Origin: an uncultured delta proteobacterium
Lineage (GTDB): Bacteria > Desulfobacterota > Binatia > UBA9968
Length of the DNA stretch: 64,000 bases
NCBI GenBank assembly: GCA_963840855.1
Contig: CAWJBB010000085.1
Coordinates: 1 to 64,000 of the forward strand
Direction of reading: 5' to 3'
The position numbers and the translations under genes are program-made. Position 1 is the first letter of the stretch; each line of letters begins with the position of its first letter. The notes under the pieces were generated by a model. The model worked only from the letters and a program-made list of their open reading frames with translations. It was not told the DNA's origin and ran no database searches. Below are positions 9,969 through 19,913 of the stretch, one piece after another.

Positions 9969-11414
9969 TCACGCCCAGTATGTAGTTCGATCCATCGGTA
10001 TATGTTGCAGCACTTCGCCGGGCACTAGCTCTTCCAGTTTAATTCGCGCCAATGCTTCATCGGGACATTTGGAAACCGGCGAGAATGGTCGGTCCAACGG
10101 TTGGGTCGCATCGATGATCATCACGGAAGTACGGCGCGGGTGATCCATCGACGGATCGAGCAAGCTGCCGCGCATGAGGTCGTTGATGATCGATATCTGT
10201 CGGTGCGGCTGCACCCGGGTGGCCAAAGCCCAGAGAATCTCAGTCGGATTATAGACGTCAATATCTTCATCGAAGACGAAAACATTTTTCGCCCAATCCC
10301 AGGTCAACACCGCCGCCGCCGCTCGCCCCGGATCGCCTTCCGACAGCTTTTTCATCGAGATGAAAACATTGAGCAAAGCATGTCTGCCGCTCGCGCACAC
10401 CGTTTGAACGCCCGGCACAGCCTCACGGGCGCGCCGCAGGTAGGCGCCTTCGCGCGCCAAATCCATCCACGGCTTATCCCCTTCCGGCGTGAGGATCGAC
10501 GTATGCATGGCGCCGTGGCGCCGGGTGATCGCGCGCACTTCGTAATGCGCCGACTGCTGAAAGCCCTGAACGCCGAGATATCCGTTGACCTCGCCGAATG
10601 GCCCTTCGACCATGCGTTTGCCGGGAAGCAAGGCTCCCTCGATCACGATCTCAGCGTCGGCGGGAACGAGCAATCTCTCGCCCCAGGTTTCCGATGCTAC
10701 GAGACGAAGCGGTTCCTGCAGATAGCCGCCGATGATTTCATATTCGCTGATCTCGAACGGCCCGCCGTAGCAAGCGCCCATTTGATACGCCGGATGATGG
10801 CCGATGACCGTCGCCACCGGGCACTCTTCGCCGGCTTCCTCGTAGCCGCGAAAAATCCGCCACATATGCTGCAGCGTCATGAGAAAACCAGTGTGACTCC
10901 GGTCTTTGACTTCCATGCGGTGGTAGGAGCAGTTATACACGCCGCTGCCGCGGTCCCGCGCCACGCTGGACATATCGACATAGGGACCGCCATCCATTTC
11001 GTGGTGGCGCATGAGCGGCAGGTCGTGCAGATCGACGTTCTCTCCGGTTCGCATTACTTCTTTGACCGGCGCCGCGCTCTTCTCGACGATAATGGGAGAA
11101 ATCCGGTTGGCCTCCCGCCGTAAGCACTCCCGCGCCATTTCAGCGCGGTCCATGTCGCGCGGCACTGCCAAAGCAACTTGGACCTTCTTCTGAGAGTTTT
11201 CCGCTCCGATCACCAGTTTCATATCGTTAAGCTCGCCGTGAACGTTCAACGGCTGGTCGAAGATCAGAATGGGAAACTTCTTCAGCGCGCCGAGGTGTTT
11301 GATGATCGCGGTGACGTCATAGTTGAGCGGGTTCACGGTCTTGGAGACGGCCACCACCTCGCTCGGATATTCCCCCCGCATGTCTGCCAAAAATGTTCTG
11401 AGATTTTTTGCCAT
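9969..11414 (-). CDS. UbiD-family (prFMN) decarboxylase
   Basis: HEMDGGPY, YHR, EGPFGE, DEDIDV, WALATR and LDPS motifs. Confidence 0.92.
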   Translation of the reverse strand: MAKNLRTFLADMRGEYPSEVVAVSKTVNPLNYDVTAIIKHLGALKKFPILIFDQPLNVHGELNDMKLVIGAENSQKKVQVALAVPRDMDRAEMARECLRREANRISPIIVEKSAAPVKEVMRTGENVDLHDLPLMRHHEMDGGPYVDMSSVARDRGSGVYNCSYHRMEVKDRSHTGFLMTLQHMWRIFRGYEEAGEECPVATVIGHHPAYQMGACYGGPFEISEYEIIGGYLQEPLRLVASETWGERLLVPADAEIVIEGALLPGKRMVEGPFGEVNGYLGVQGFQQSAHYEVRAITRRHGAMHTSILTPEGDKPWMDLAREGAYLRRAREAVPGVQTVCASGRHALLNVFISMKKLSEGDPGRAAAAVLTWDWAKNVFVFDEDIDVYNPTEILWALATRVQPHRQISIINDLMRGSLLDPSMDHPRRTSVMIIDATQPLDRPFSPVSKCPDEALARIKLEELVPGEVLQHIPMDRTTYWA

Positions 11415-11522
11415 AAGGTTAGACGTAGGCAACGAGGATGTCAGCGCTGGTTTTAATTTCGAGGCGCTTCCGAGAAATCCCGTCTTGAAGCAAATCCTTC
11501 ACGTATCCAACGATTTGAACTC

Positions 11523-12266
11523 TTAATAAAAAATACTGCCGCCATCGACGACGATGATCTGCCCGGTCATGAAGTCGCTATCCGGCGAAGCTAGAAACAG
11601 CAGCGTGCCCAAAAGATCCTCCGGCGTCTGAAGCCTCTTGATCGATCGTTCTTTGAGTTGCAACTCGGTCAGCGCCTTGGGCGCGTTCTGGCCTTCATGT
11701 TCCACCAGGCCGGGAGCGATGGCGTTGACGCAGATGCCGTATTCACCGACTTCCCGGGCCAGCGCGCGGGTCATGCCGATGAGCGCGGCCTTGGAGGCAA
11801 CGTAATGCAGAAAATTCGGCGTGCCCCAGAACGCGGTGGACGACGAGATGTTGATGATTTTGCCGCTTCTCTGCTCCTTCATTCGCGGGAACACCGCCTT
11901 GGCGCACAGAAACGGGCCTTTGATATTCACCGCGGAAACAATGTCCCATTCTTCACTGCTAATCTCGTAAAACGGATGGCGTTGAATATTGATGAAGATC
12001 GCCGCGTTATTGACCAGGACATCGATGCGCCCAAATGCCTGCACCGCCGCCGCCGCCATGCGGTTGGTGTCTTCTTCTTTGGACACATCAACCGTCAACG
12101 CTATCGCTTTACCGCCGGCCGATTTGATTTCCTGAACCACGCTTTCGCCGGCCAGGATATCGGCGACGACTACCGCAGCACCTTCCGCCGCCAGGCGACG
12201 GCAATAGCGCGCGCCGATATGGCGCGCGCCGCCGGTAACGATGGCGACTTTCCCCGCCAGTCTCAC
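11523..12266 (-). CDS. Short-chain dehydrogenase/reductase
   Basis: TGGARHIG, NNAA, YVASK and NAIAPG motifs; probable GTG start at 12266. Confidence 0.93.
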   Translation of the reverse strand: MRLAGKVAIVTGGARHIGARYCRRLAAEGAAVVVADILAGESVVQEIKSAGGKAIALTVDVSKEEDTNRMAAAAVQAFGRIDVLVNNAAIFINIQRHPFYEISSEEWDIVSAVNIKGPFLCAKAVFPRMKEQRSGKIINISSSTAFWGTPNFLHYVASKAALIGMTRALAREVGEYGICVNAIAPGLVEHEGQNAPKALTELQLKERSIKRLQTPEDLLGTLLFLASPDSDFMTGQIIVVDGGSIFY

Positions 12267-12372
12267 GGCACTGTCCTGGATCGATGGAATAATGGAATGA
12301 TGGAGTGTTCGGATCCGCATCCATTATTATTCCAGCATCCCAACGTTCCATCATTCCAATGGTAAGTTTTCA

Positions 12373-13991
12373 TCACAGTCCTTCCAGGTATGCTTTGAAG
12401 TCCAGCGGATTCCACCAGGTTTTGATTCCCAGCGACTCGGCGATGACGCGCGCAGCGTTATATCCGGGGGCGCCGGTGATGTTCCCTCCGGGATGGCAGG
12501 AAGAGCCGCACAGGAACAGCCCATCGATTGGAGTCCGGTATCGTCCCCAGCCGGGGAACGGGCGGTTTTCCAGCGCCTGATCGCCGGAGTATTCGCCGAC
12601 CATCCAGTCGCCACAGTACATATTGCGGTCATGGCGTTCGATATCCAGCGGCGTCGTCGAGTCCATCGAAAGAATATTATTTTCGTCGAGATTGGGAGCG
12701 AAGCGGCGCCAGGTTGCTAATTGTTTTTCCGACCATTCGCTCCGTACCTCGTCCCAGTTGAGCGGATTGCCCCAGAGATTGTATGTCATCAGCTGCCACA
12801 TGAAGGCCGTCGCTTTACCCGGCGGCGCTTGCGTCGGGTCATGATACGACGGCGTCGCGCCGTTCATGAACGGTTTGCGTGGCAACTGGCCGGCGCGGCA
12901 GTCTTCGAAGAGATCGAGTAGATCCTGATATTCTTCCAGTCCAACGATATGCATGAAGGCCCCGGCGACTTCAGGACAGCGTTCTTCGGTGATGTACTTG
13001 GGCCGCTCGTTCAACGCCAGATTTACGGCGAAGATCGGAGTGGTTTTCGAAAACCTGAAATTCGCCGCCAGATCGGCGAACGTTGGCTCGAGGTTCTCCC
13101 GCCCCACCAGTTTGATGAAGGTTTCGACGGGATTGACGTTCGATGCGATGAATTTTCGCGCCTTGATCACCGTACCGTCTTCGAGCACCACCGCCGTCGC
13201 CCTGCCTTTCTCGACGAGAATTCGCTCGACGCCATTGGCCTCGATGTAGTCCACGTGGTTGTGCGACATCATATGCGCGAGGTTATCGCCCAGGGCGTGA
13301 GAGGTGCCGCGACAGAGTTGCGGATTGACGCCCCAGGCGATCATCGCGGGGATCAAATACCCCGTCTTCGGCGCGTCCAGCTCGTACCCTCGCATGACGC
13401 CGAGGAAACCAATAAAAGCGCGCACCCGCGGATGCTCGAAATGATCGACAACAAAATTCCCGGCGTCGTTTCGAAGTATCGGAGATACTCCCGGCCTTCG
13501 GCTGTTTTTTCGAGCAACGGCTTTTTTTCTTCGAAGGGCAGCGGCACCGCATAGGTTTCCGGGAAAACGATCTTTTGCACCACCGGCTGCCAGCGCGTCC
13601 ATAGATCCATGAAACTGGCCGCGTCTTTTTTGGAAAATCGCGCGATGGTCTCGGCGGTGTTTTTAACATCGGCAAACCAGCCAAGATAACGACCGTCAAG
13701 AAAATGATGCACCACGCCGGGATCGGGTCGGTAATAATGAATGCCGAATCTTTCCAGTTCCAGGTCTTTATACCAGGGAAGCATCATGAGACCGCGATGA
13801 AAAACCGAGTGAATGTTATGCCAGAAGCCGGGATAGTTTCGGTCTTCGTGGGAATCGAGGCCGCCGCCGACTTCCATGTTTTTCTCAACGACCATGATCT
13901 TCTGGCCGCACTTGCCGAGATATCCCGCGCAGATCATACCGTTGTGCCCGGCGCCGATGACAACACCGTCGTATTCTAATATCTTCGCCAT
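12373..13991 (-). CDS. Phytoene desaturase-like (CrtI superfamily) FAD oxidoreductase, with a frameshift near 13460
   Basis: GAGHNG..C..YL N-terminus lies in one frame; YRTPIDGLFLCGSSCHPGG.ITGAPGYNAA lies in another. Confidence 0.85.
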
Positions 13992-14022
13992 AACTTCCGG
14001 TCTCAAATCTTCAAAGAGGTTT

Positions 14023-15594
14023 TTAGAGTTTCAACTCCTCTTTCATGACCCGCCAGCAGTTATAGCCCGATCCCGCGATCACCGCGTCGGCGGGATGAGT
14101 CGCAACGCCCACCTGATAAAGCCCTGCGATGGGCGTGCGATAATTTGCCAATTCTTCGATAGGGCGCATCTCGCCCATCTGGGCGGCGACCTTGCGCGCC
14201 ACCCAGACCGAGCCGCGCCGCATGTTGGGCCAGCGGCCGGCAATGTAAAAAGGTTCCATGGCGACTTTCATCTCAATGTTCTCATCCGTCAGATTGGTGG
14301 CGTAGCGCCGCCAGATCTTCAAAACGGCATCCATAAAACCGTTTTTAAGCTTGACCCAATCCTCGGGTTTCTTCCCTTTCAACTGAAACGGCACCGGCAT
14401 GAATAGCGACGCCGCGTGTTTCGCCTTGGGCGCTTGCAGCGCATCGAAGGCCGTCGGGCAGATGGCGTGCAAGCACACATGCCGGGGAAACTCGCCGGCG
14501 CGAATCTCTTTCCACATTTCGTCTAAATCATCCGGCTTTTCCGGTCCCATGTTGACGTTCATCGCCTGGCCTACCGCAGGGTCGTCCGCTTCGTGGAGCG
14601 CGTAACGTACCGGCGCTTTGAGAGCCAGATGCACCTGAAAGTAGGAAAACTCATCCGGCTGGATATCTTTCACCCGGTCGGTGAAGGTCCGCGGCAGGTA
14701 TTCATCCCCGACCATTTCGACGAACGTCAAGTACGGATCGGTGTTCGAAACCACCGCTAAGCGCGCTTTCCACTCTCGGCCATCGCGCAACCGCACGCCC
14801 GCAGCGCGCCCCCCTTCCACCAAGATCTTTTCCACGTGGTGCACGGCGCGAATCTGTCCGCCGTTATGGACATAGGCCCGCTGCAAGACCTGAGCGATGG
14901 AATGGGAACCGCCCCGCGCAAGCTCCGGCTTTTCGTCGCCAGCGATCATTTTCAGAACTTCGATGCCGCCGCCCGGATAATCCATGCCGACGCCGCGCGG
15001 GATCGTCATCTGCGATAGTACCAGGGTCTTCACCGCGTCGTTTTCAAACAACTCATCGACGACCTGTTTAGGCGTCATCTGCCAGAGCCGATTGAGTTCC
15101 TTGCCGACATCATCTTTATCAATTTTAGCCGCTATTTCCTGATTGCCGGGCCGATTGTAATAATAGGGGATCAAGCGGTCACGAATGATCTGGTGAAATT
15201 TGACGTGGGTTTCGCACCAGCTGACAGCGTCTTTCCGGGAAAACTTGGCGACAAAACTGAGCGTGTCTTCGAGAAACTGATGATGCGAGATCGACTGCCC
15301 GTCCGGCAGGAGCAGCGAACTGATGACCGGCGGTGACACGAACGCGGCATGGTGGCCGTTATCCCAATTGAGTTCCCTCCACACCGGTGAGACCGCGCGG
15401 TTGTTCTGGAAATAGGCGAGCGTATTGTGCCAATAGCCGGGTAGGGTGATCTCTTCGCTGGCCAGCCGTCCGCCGTTTTCGAGCCGGCTTTCGCAGATGA
15501 CCGTCTTCAAGCCCGCCATGCCGAGGTAGGTGCCCAGGGCGAAGTTATTCTGCCCGGCGCCGATGAGGATGACATCCCATTGGTCGTCGATCAA
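14023..15594 (-). CDS. Phytoene desaturase-like (CrtI superfamily) FAD oxidoreductase
   Basis: IGAGQN, GGS..IA..L and YRTPIAGLYQVG..THP motifs; paralogous to the downstream gene. Confidence 0.85.
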   Translation of the reverse strand: MIDDQWDVILIGAGQNNFALGTYLGMAGLKTVICESRLENGGRLASEEITLPGYWHNTLAYFQNNRAVSPVWRELNWDNGHHAAFVSPPVISSLLLPDGQSISHHQFLEDTLSFVAKFSRKDAVSWCETHVKFHQIIRDRLIPYYYNRPGNQEIAAKIDKDDVGKELNRLWQMTPKQVVDELFENDAVKTLVLSQMTIPRGVGMDYPGGGIEVLKMIAGDEKPELARGGSHSIAQVLQRAYVHNGGQIRAVHHVEKILVEGGRAAGVRLRDGREWKARLAVVSNTDPYLTFVEMVGDEYLPRTFTDRVKDIQPDEFSYFQVHLALKAPVRYALHEADDPAVGQAMNVNMGPEKPDDLDEMWKEIRAGEFPRHVCLHAICPTAFDALQAPKAKHAASLFMPVPFQLKGKKPEDWVKLKNGFMDAVLKIWRRYATNLTDENIEMKVAMEPFYIAGRWPNMRRGSVWVARKVAAQMGEMRPIEELANYRTPIAGLYQVGVATHPADAVIAGSGYNCWRVMKEELKL

Positions 15595-15607
15595 AGCGCT
15601 CTCTCAC

Positions 15608-15991
15608 TTATCGCTGCAAAAAGATTTTTCGGTACTCCGCCATTTTCTCGGCGTACGCCTTCTGGTCCATATCGATCATCTCGACCAGCTCGATCTTGTC
15701 GGCATCAGGCAGCGGCGGGTAAATTCCTTTGCGGGTGACAAACTCGCCGATTCCAGCCATGATCTTCAACCCCTCGTCGCCGAGGAAAAAATCGATAAAG
15801 GCCTTGCCCGCATTCGGGCGTGGCGCCTTTGAGCCCAGCGCAACAGCATTGCCGTCGCCCATGAACCTGCCAAGTCTGGCGTAGTCCAGCGGGCAACCAA
15901 TAGCGCCGGAAACAAAATTGGTCGAATACTCATAATAATCCTTCCCGATACGGTTGATTGCTGCATACCGCAATGCGGCGTCTATGTCCAC
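15608..15991 (-). pseudogene. C-terminal remnant of an ABC transporter substrate-binding protein
   Basis: APRPNAGKAFIDFFL..EG motif; no signal peptide or N-terminal lobe. Confidence 0.6.
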
Positions 15992-16073
15992 GAGAATTGA
16001 TGCAGCCTGAGGCGAGCCTAAATCCGGCGTTGTTTCCGCGCACGCCGTTTGTTACCTTACACTAACAATTTCC

Positions 16074-17192
16074 ATGACGACCCAAGAAAAACTCAAAAAG
16101 CTCCGCGAGGAACTTAAACAGATCTTTCTCGAACGGGCCGACTTGATCGACGGCGCCCTTGCCGCGCTGCTTTCTTCTCATCATGTTCTTATTATCGGCC
16201 CGCCGGGCACGGCCAAGTCGATGCTCGCCGACGAACTATGCCGGCGCATCGAAGGCGCGAACTATTACCAGTGGCTGCTCACCCGGTTTACGACGCCGGA
16301 AGAGATTTTCGGCGCGGTCAGCCTTAAAGCGCTGGAGCAGGACGATTACCGCCGGGTTACAAGCCACAAACTGCCCGAAGCTCACATCGCTTTTTTGGAC
16401 GAAATATTCAAAGCCAACTCGTCGATCTTAAACGCCCTCTTGACGCTCATTAACGAGCGCCTCTTTCACAATGGCAAGGAAATCACGCCGGTGCCCTTGC
16501 TGACACTTTTCGGCGCCAGCAATGAGCTGCCCGAGGAAGAGGAGCTTACGGCGCTCTATGACCGCTTTCTCGTCCGCTTCGTGGTCAACTACATCGCCGA
16601 GGACTTCCGCTTCCTGCGCATGCTGGAAGCGCCGCCGCAAAGCGAGCGCACCTGCCTGACCCTCGGCGAACTGCAAGAACTCCAGCGCGGGCGGCGCGAA
16701 GTGATCATTCCACCCCATGCCTACCGGAGCATCGCCGATATCCGGCGCGAGCTAAACAAGAAAAACCTTCAGGCCTCCGACCGCCGCTATCGCCAATGTT
16801 TGAGTTTGCTGCAAGCCCATGCCTTTCTCGACGGCGATAAAGAAATTCAGGAAAAGAATTTGTTTTTCCTGGAACATGTCCTGTGGCGCGATCCGTCGGA
16901 GCATGAGCAGGTGCGCGCTACGATTCGCGATCTCCTGCTCGGCTACGAACAGGAGATCACCGAACTGCTTTACGAGTCGCGCGAAATTCGCGAGTCGGCG
17001 GTCCAGCCCGGCCAATCCAGCGACGAGCGCGCCCGCGCGCTGATCGAACTCCATACCAAGCTCAAAAATATTCTGACAAAAGTCGATCAAATCATGGAAA
17101 GAGCCAAACGGCTCGGCCGCCCCCTCGACCGGGTCAGCTCGGTTAGAAGCGAGATCGAGCATCTGCAAAAGGAGATGCTGGAGCAGTTCTGA
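16074..17192 (+). CDS. RavA-like MoxR-family AAA+ ATPase
   Basis: GPPGTAKS, LLTRFTTPEEIFG, FLDEIFKANSSILN, ASNELP, LYDRF and SDRR motifs. Confidence 0.92.
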   Translation: MTTQEKLKKLREELKQIFLERADLIDGALAALLSSHHVLIIGPPGTAKSMLADELCRRIEGANYYQWLLTRFTTPEEIFGAVSLKALEQDDYRRVTSHKLPEAHIAFLDEIFKANSSILNALLTLINERLFHNGKEITPVPLLTLFGASNELPEEEELTALYDRFLVRFVVNYIAEDFRFLRMLEAPPQSERTCLTLGELQELQRGRREVIIPPHAYRSIADIRRELNKKNLQASDRRYRQCLSLLQAHAFLDGDKEIQEKNLFFLEHVLWRDPSEHEQVRATIRDLLLGYEQEITELLYESREIRESAVQPGQSSDERARALIELHTKLKNILTKVDQIMERAKRLGRPLDRVSSVRSEIEHLQKEMLEQF

Positions 17193-18766
17193 TGCCGCCC
17201 AAACGAAGCAAAACCAATCTCTCCAAGCGCAGTTTCCAACCGCTTCCGTCAAACACCTGCTGGGTTGAAAACGACGCCTACGACCGGCGCGTCTGGCAGC
17301 ACCTGCGCGCCGAAGCGCCGTCGCTCAGCGAGCTGGAGCAAAACGGCAGCATGTTTCTGCCCCACTTCGCTTCTTTGCTGCAGGATATTTTCTGCCTGCT
17401 TTTCAAGTACAACGTCGCATTCCACGACGCCAATGACGTGCTGCCCAGCGCCTTGCTTAACCAGACGTTTCTCGACGGCGTGCGCCGAGGAGGGCAATAC
17501 GAGATCCTGCGCGAGCAAACCCTTTTAAACGAAGCCCATGCCGGGCTCTCGACGTTAATTCTTGGCGAACGCTTGCTCGGCATAATACGCGAGCAAAAGC
17601 TCCTCAGCCAACGGGACCTGCGCGACCTGTGGGACATCGAACAGCAGGAGGAACTTGTCGGCCGTAAGATAGAAGAATACGACAACGCCGATACCATTCC
17701 CGAAGACCAGTTGTCGGATGAAGGCAAGAAGGCGCTAAAAAAGGCCAAGGAAAAAATGGCCGGAGAGGTCCAAGGCGCCGAAGCGCTGCTGCGCCACAAA
17801 GCGGCGCAACTCAAGCAGGACTTGAAACAAATCGAATCCCAGGCGAGCAAACGCTTGCAAGCCGAATCGATCAAAGTCGCCCAAGAACTGGAAGACGCCA
17901 GCGAAGAGGCGGAGACCTGGGGCAACGCGATTGGCACCGGCGAGCGTTCCCCACCGGGGCAAAAGCTGGAACTTGGCAAGAGGCTCGCCGGCAACGAGAA
18001 ACTCAAAAAACTCGCCCGCATGGTCGGCCGGATGAAATTGCAATCATTGGCGCTGCGCAAAAAAGTCTTCGAGCGCGCCAGTGAAGAAGTATTGGAGGTT
18101 GAGCAGGGCGATTCGATCCATCGTCTGTTACCTCATGAGCTACTCAGCTTGCACCATCCCGTGCTGCGCAAAGATTTTTACCGGCGGTTTCTGGATCAGG
18201 AGTTGATTCAATATTCGCTGCGCGGCATCGAGGAGAAAGGCAAAGGCCCGATGATCGTCTGCCTCGACGGCAGCTCGTCCATGTCTGGCGACAAGGAGAT
18301 CTGGTCCAAGGCGGTGGCTCTGACCCTGCTCGACATTGCCCGGCGCCAGCGCCGTCTGTTTCGTTCCATCTGTTTTTCTTCAGCGGAAACGCCGCTGCAA
18401 GTGCTCGACATGAACCCGCGCGATCGCTACCAGGTCGAAAGCAAAACGGTGATGGACTTGGCCGAGTACTTTCCCGGCGGCGGCACCGATTTTCAAACGC
18501 CGCTGGACGCGGCGCTGGATTGTTTGAGAGAGTCGCGCTTCAAAAAAGGCGATATTATTTTCATCACCGACGGCGAGTGTCAGGTGAATAAGGAGTGGGC
18601 CGAGCAATTTCGCAAGGAGAAAGACAAACTCGGTTTTTCGCTGTTTTCGGTTCTCATCGACGTGGGTCCGGCATCGCTCGGCACGTTGCAAGAATTCAGC
18701 GACCGGATCACCACCATCAAGCAGCTTACCGGTGAAGGCGCGAAGGAAATCTTCTTAGACTTCTAG
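17192..18766 (+). CDS. ViaA-like VWA-domain protein
   Basis: LLPHEL, KGPMIVCLDGSSSM (MIDAS), GGTDF and ITDG motifs; translationally coupled to the ATPase. Confidence 0.9.
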   Translation: MPPKRSKTNLSKRSFQPLPSNTCWVENDAYDRRVWQHLRAEAPSLSELEQNGSMFLPHFASLLQDIFCLLFKYNVAFHDANDVLPSALLNQTFLDGVRRGGQYEILREQTLLNEAHAGLSTLILGERLLGIIREQKLLSQRDLRDLWDIEQQEELVGRKIEEYDNADTIPEDQLSDEGKKALKKAKEKMAGEVQGAEALLRHKAAQLKQDLKQIESQASKRLQAESIKVAQELEDASEEAETWGNAIGTGERSPPGQKLELGKRLAGNEKLKKLARMVGRMKLQSLALRKKVFERASEEVLEVEQGDSIHRLLPHELLSLHHPVLRKDFYRRFLDQELIQYSLRGIEEKGKGPMIVCLDGSSSMSGDKEIWSKAVALTLLDIARRQRRLFRSICFSSAETPLQVLDMNPRDRYQVESKTVMDLAEYFPGGGTDFQTPLDAALDCLRESRFKKGDIIFITDGECQVNKEWAEQFRKEKDKLGFSLFSVLIDVGPASLGTLQEFSDRITTIKQLTGEGAKEIFLDF

Positions 18767-18778
18767 TGAGACTCTCCC

Positions 18779-18998
18779 GTCTAGAGTTTGGAGTCTGGTG
18801 TGGCGTATCTGAATTTCGTGACATAATTCAATCGGCATTCCGGGCGAGCTGGCGATAGCTAGCGCGACCCGGAATCCAGGTAAGGGCGGTTTTGAAACCC
18901 GCCCCTACAGCCCGCTTCCGCGGGAATGACGGACTCGAACTGCCAAATTTGCAAACGAACTCTAAACGCGAGAACCGAGACGCTAAACTCTGGACTAA
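18779..18998. repeat. Composite nested repeat: heptamer arms, a cattcc...ggaatgac palindrome and a GTAG-type REP
   Basis: cattccggg...cccggaatccag, aagggcggttttgaaacccgcccctac and cccgcttccgcgggaatgac, lying between convergent genes. Confidence 0.7.
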
Positions 18999-19006
18999 AA
19001 GGACCT

Positions 19007-19456
19007 TCAAGTCAGGTTCGCTACTATTTCCTCCTCGCTTGCGTTCAAGTCCACCGGCTTGCCAAACGGCTGGGGCCAATCAATCCCCGTCGGCCAATAG
19101 ATTTCTACCTGATTGCCGTCCGGATCGAGAAAATAAGCGCCCACCGCGTTACCGTGGCTGACCGTTCGGACAATAGGAACGTTTCGTTCCAGTAACAGCC
19201 GGTAAAATTCCTTGAGGTCGGAGATACTCGAACAGCGAAACGATATCTGCTGCACCACCTTGCCGTCTTCCCGTCCCGGCACAAGCAGCAGCTCATGATG
19301 CTCCTTCGAGCGATCTTGCGCCGTCATAAAGACGCTGCCGGTATTCGGGCTCACATCGCTGACCGTAAGACCGAGGACATCGCGATAAAATGCCTTCGAA
19401 CGCTCGATGTCACGCACGTACAGGCCGACATGACCCAATGAAGTCACTTTAGGCAT
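19007..19456 (-). CDS. VOC/glyoxalase family protein
   Basis: LGHVGLYVRD..FY..VLGL, HHEL and YFLDPDGNQVEIY motifs. Confidence 0.9.
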   Translation of the reverse strand: MPKVTSLGHVGLYVRDIERSKAFYRDVLGLTVSDVSPNTGSVFMTAQDRSKEHHELLLVPGREDGKVVQQISFRCSSISDLKEFYRLLLERNVPIVRTVSHGNAVGAYFLDPDGNQVEIYWPTGIDWPQPFGKPVDLNASEEEIVANLT

Positions 19457-19913
19457 AAATTCTCCTTTCAGGCTTTGCTAATTGCTCCGATTTGAGTTCC
19501 GTTACGTTCGGTACAGCGCGGCGATGGAACCGCTGTCGTCTATCAAACTCCAACCGCGTGCTTGATAAAGGTTAAACCCATCAGATATTTCACGACGGCT
19601 ACGCCGGTGTCGTTCCAGTCTTGCCACAGTTGCCCCCGCTTAACACTCCGTCCCCGCCTAGTCAATCAGAAACCACGCCGCGCGCAGGAGTGACTGTTCG
19701 ATTAGGGAACCGTTCGGCAAGTGTCAAAATTCTGACGCCGACGCGCGGTGCGGTTCAGCAAGGTCAAGCGGCGACTGCTTCACATGGATTCGGTTACTGA
19801 TTTTGCGCGCTAGAATTTCTGAATTCATGTCTTGCAGGTAAAATTCCGATTATAAAAACCGCGACGATTATTTCGGCTACCCTTATTCTGCAATGATGTG
19901 TTAAAATAATTTT

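Noticed and set aside
7873-11123. Long plus-strand ORFs (e.g. 7873-8712, 10101-11123)
   Set aside because: They are antisense shadows of well-supported minus-strand genes in GC-rich DNA and have no recognisable motifs.
12373-15594. Carotenoid biosynthesis cluster
   Set aside because: Only CrtI-superfamily folds are present. There is no phytoene synthase or cyclase, and the context is catabolic.
19490-19560. Possible C-terminal stub of a substrate-binding protein (LIDDSGSIAALY)
   Set aside because: Too short to support without a search.
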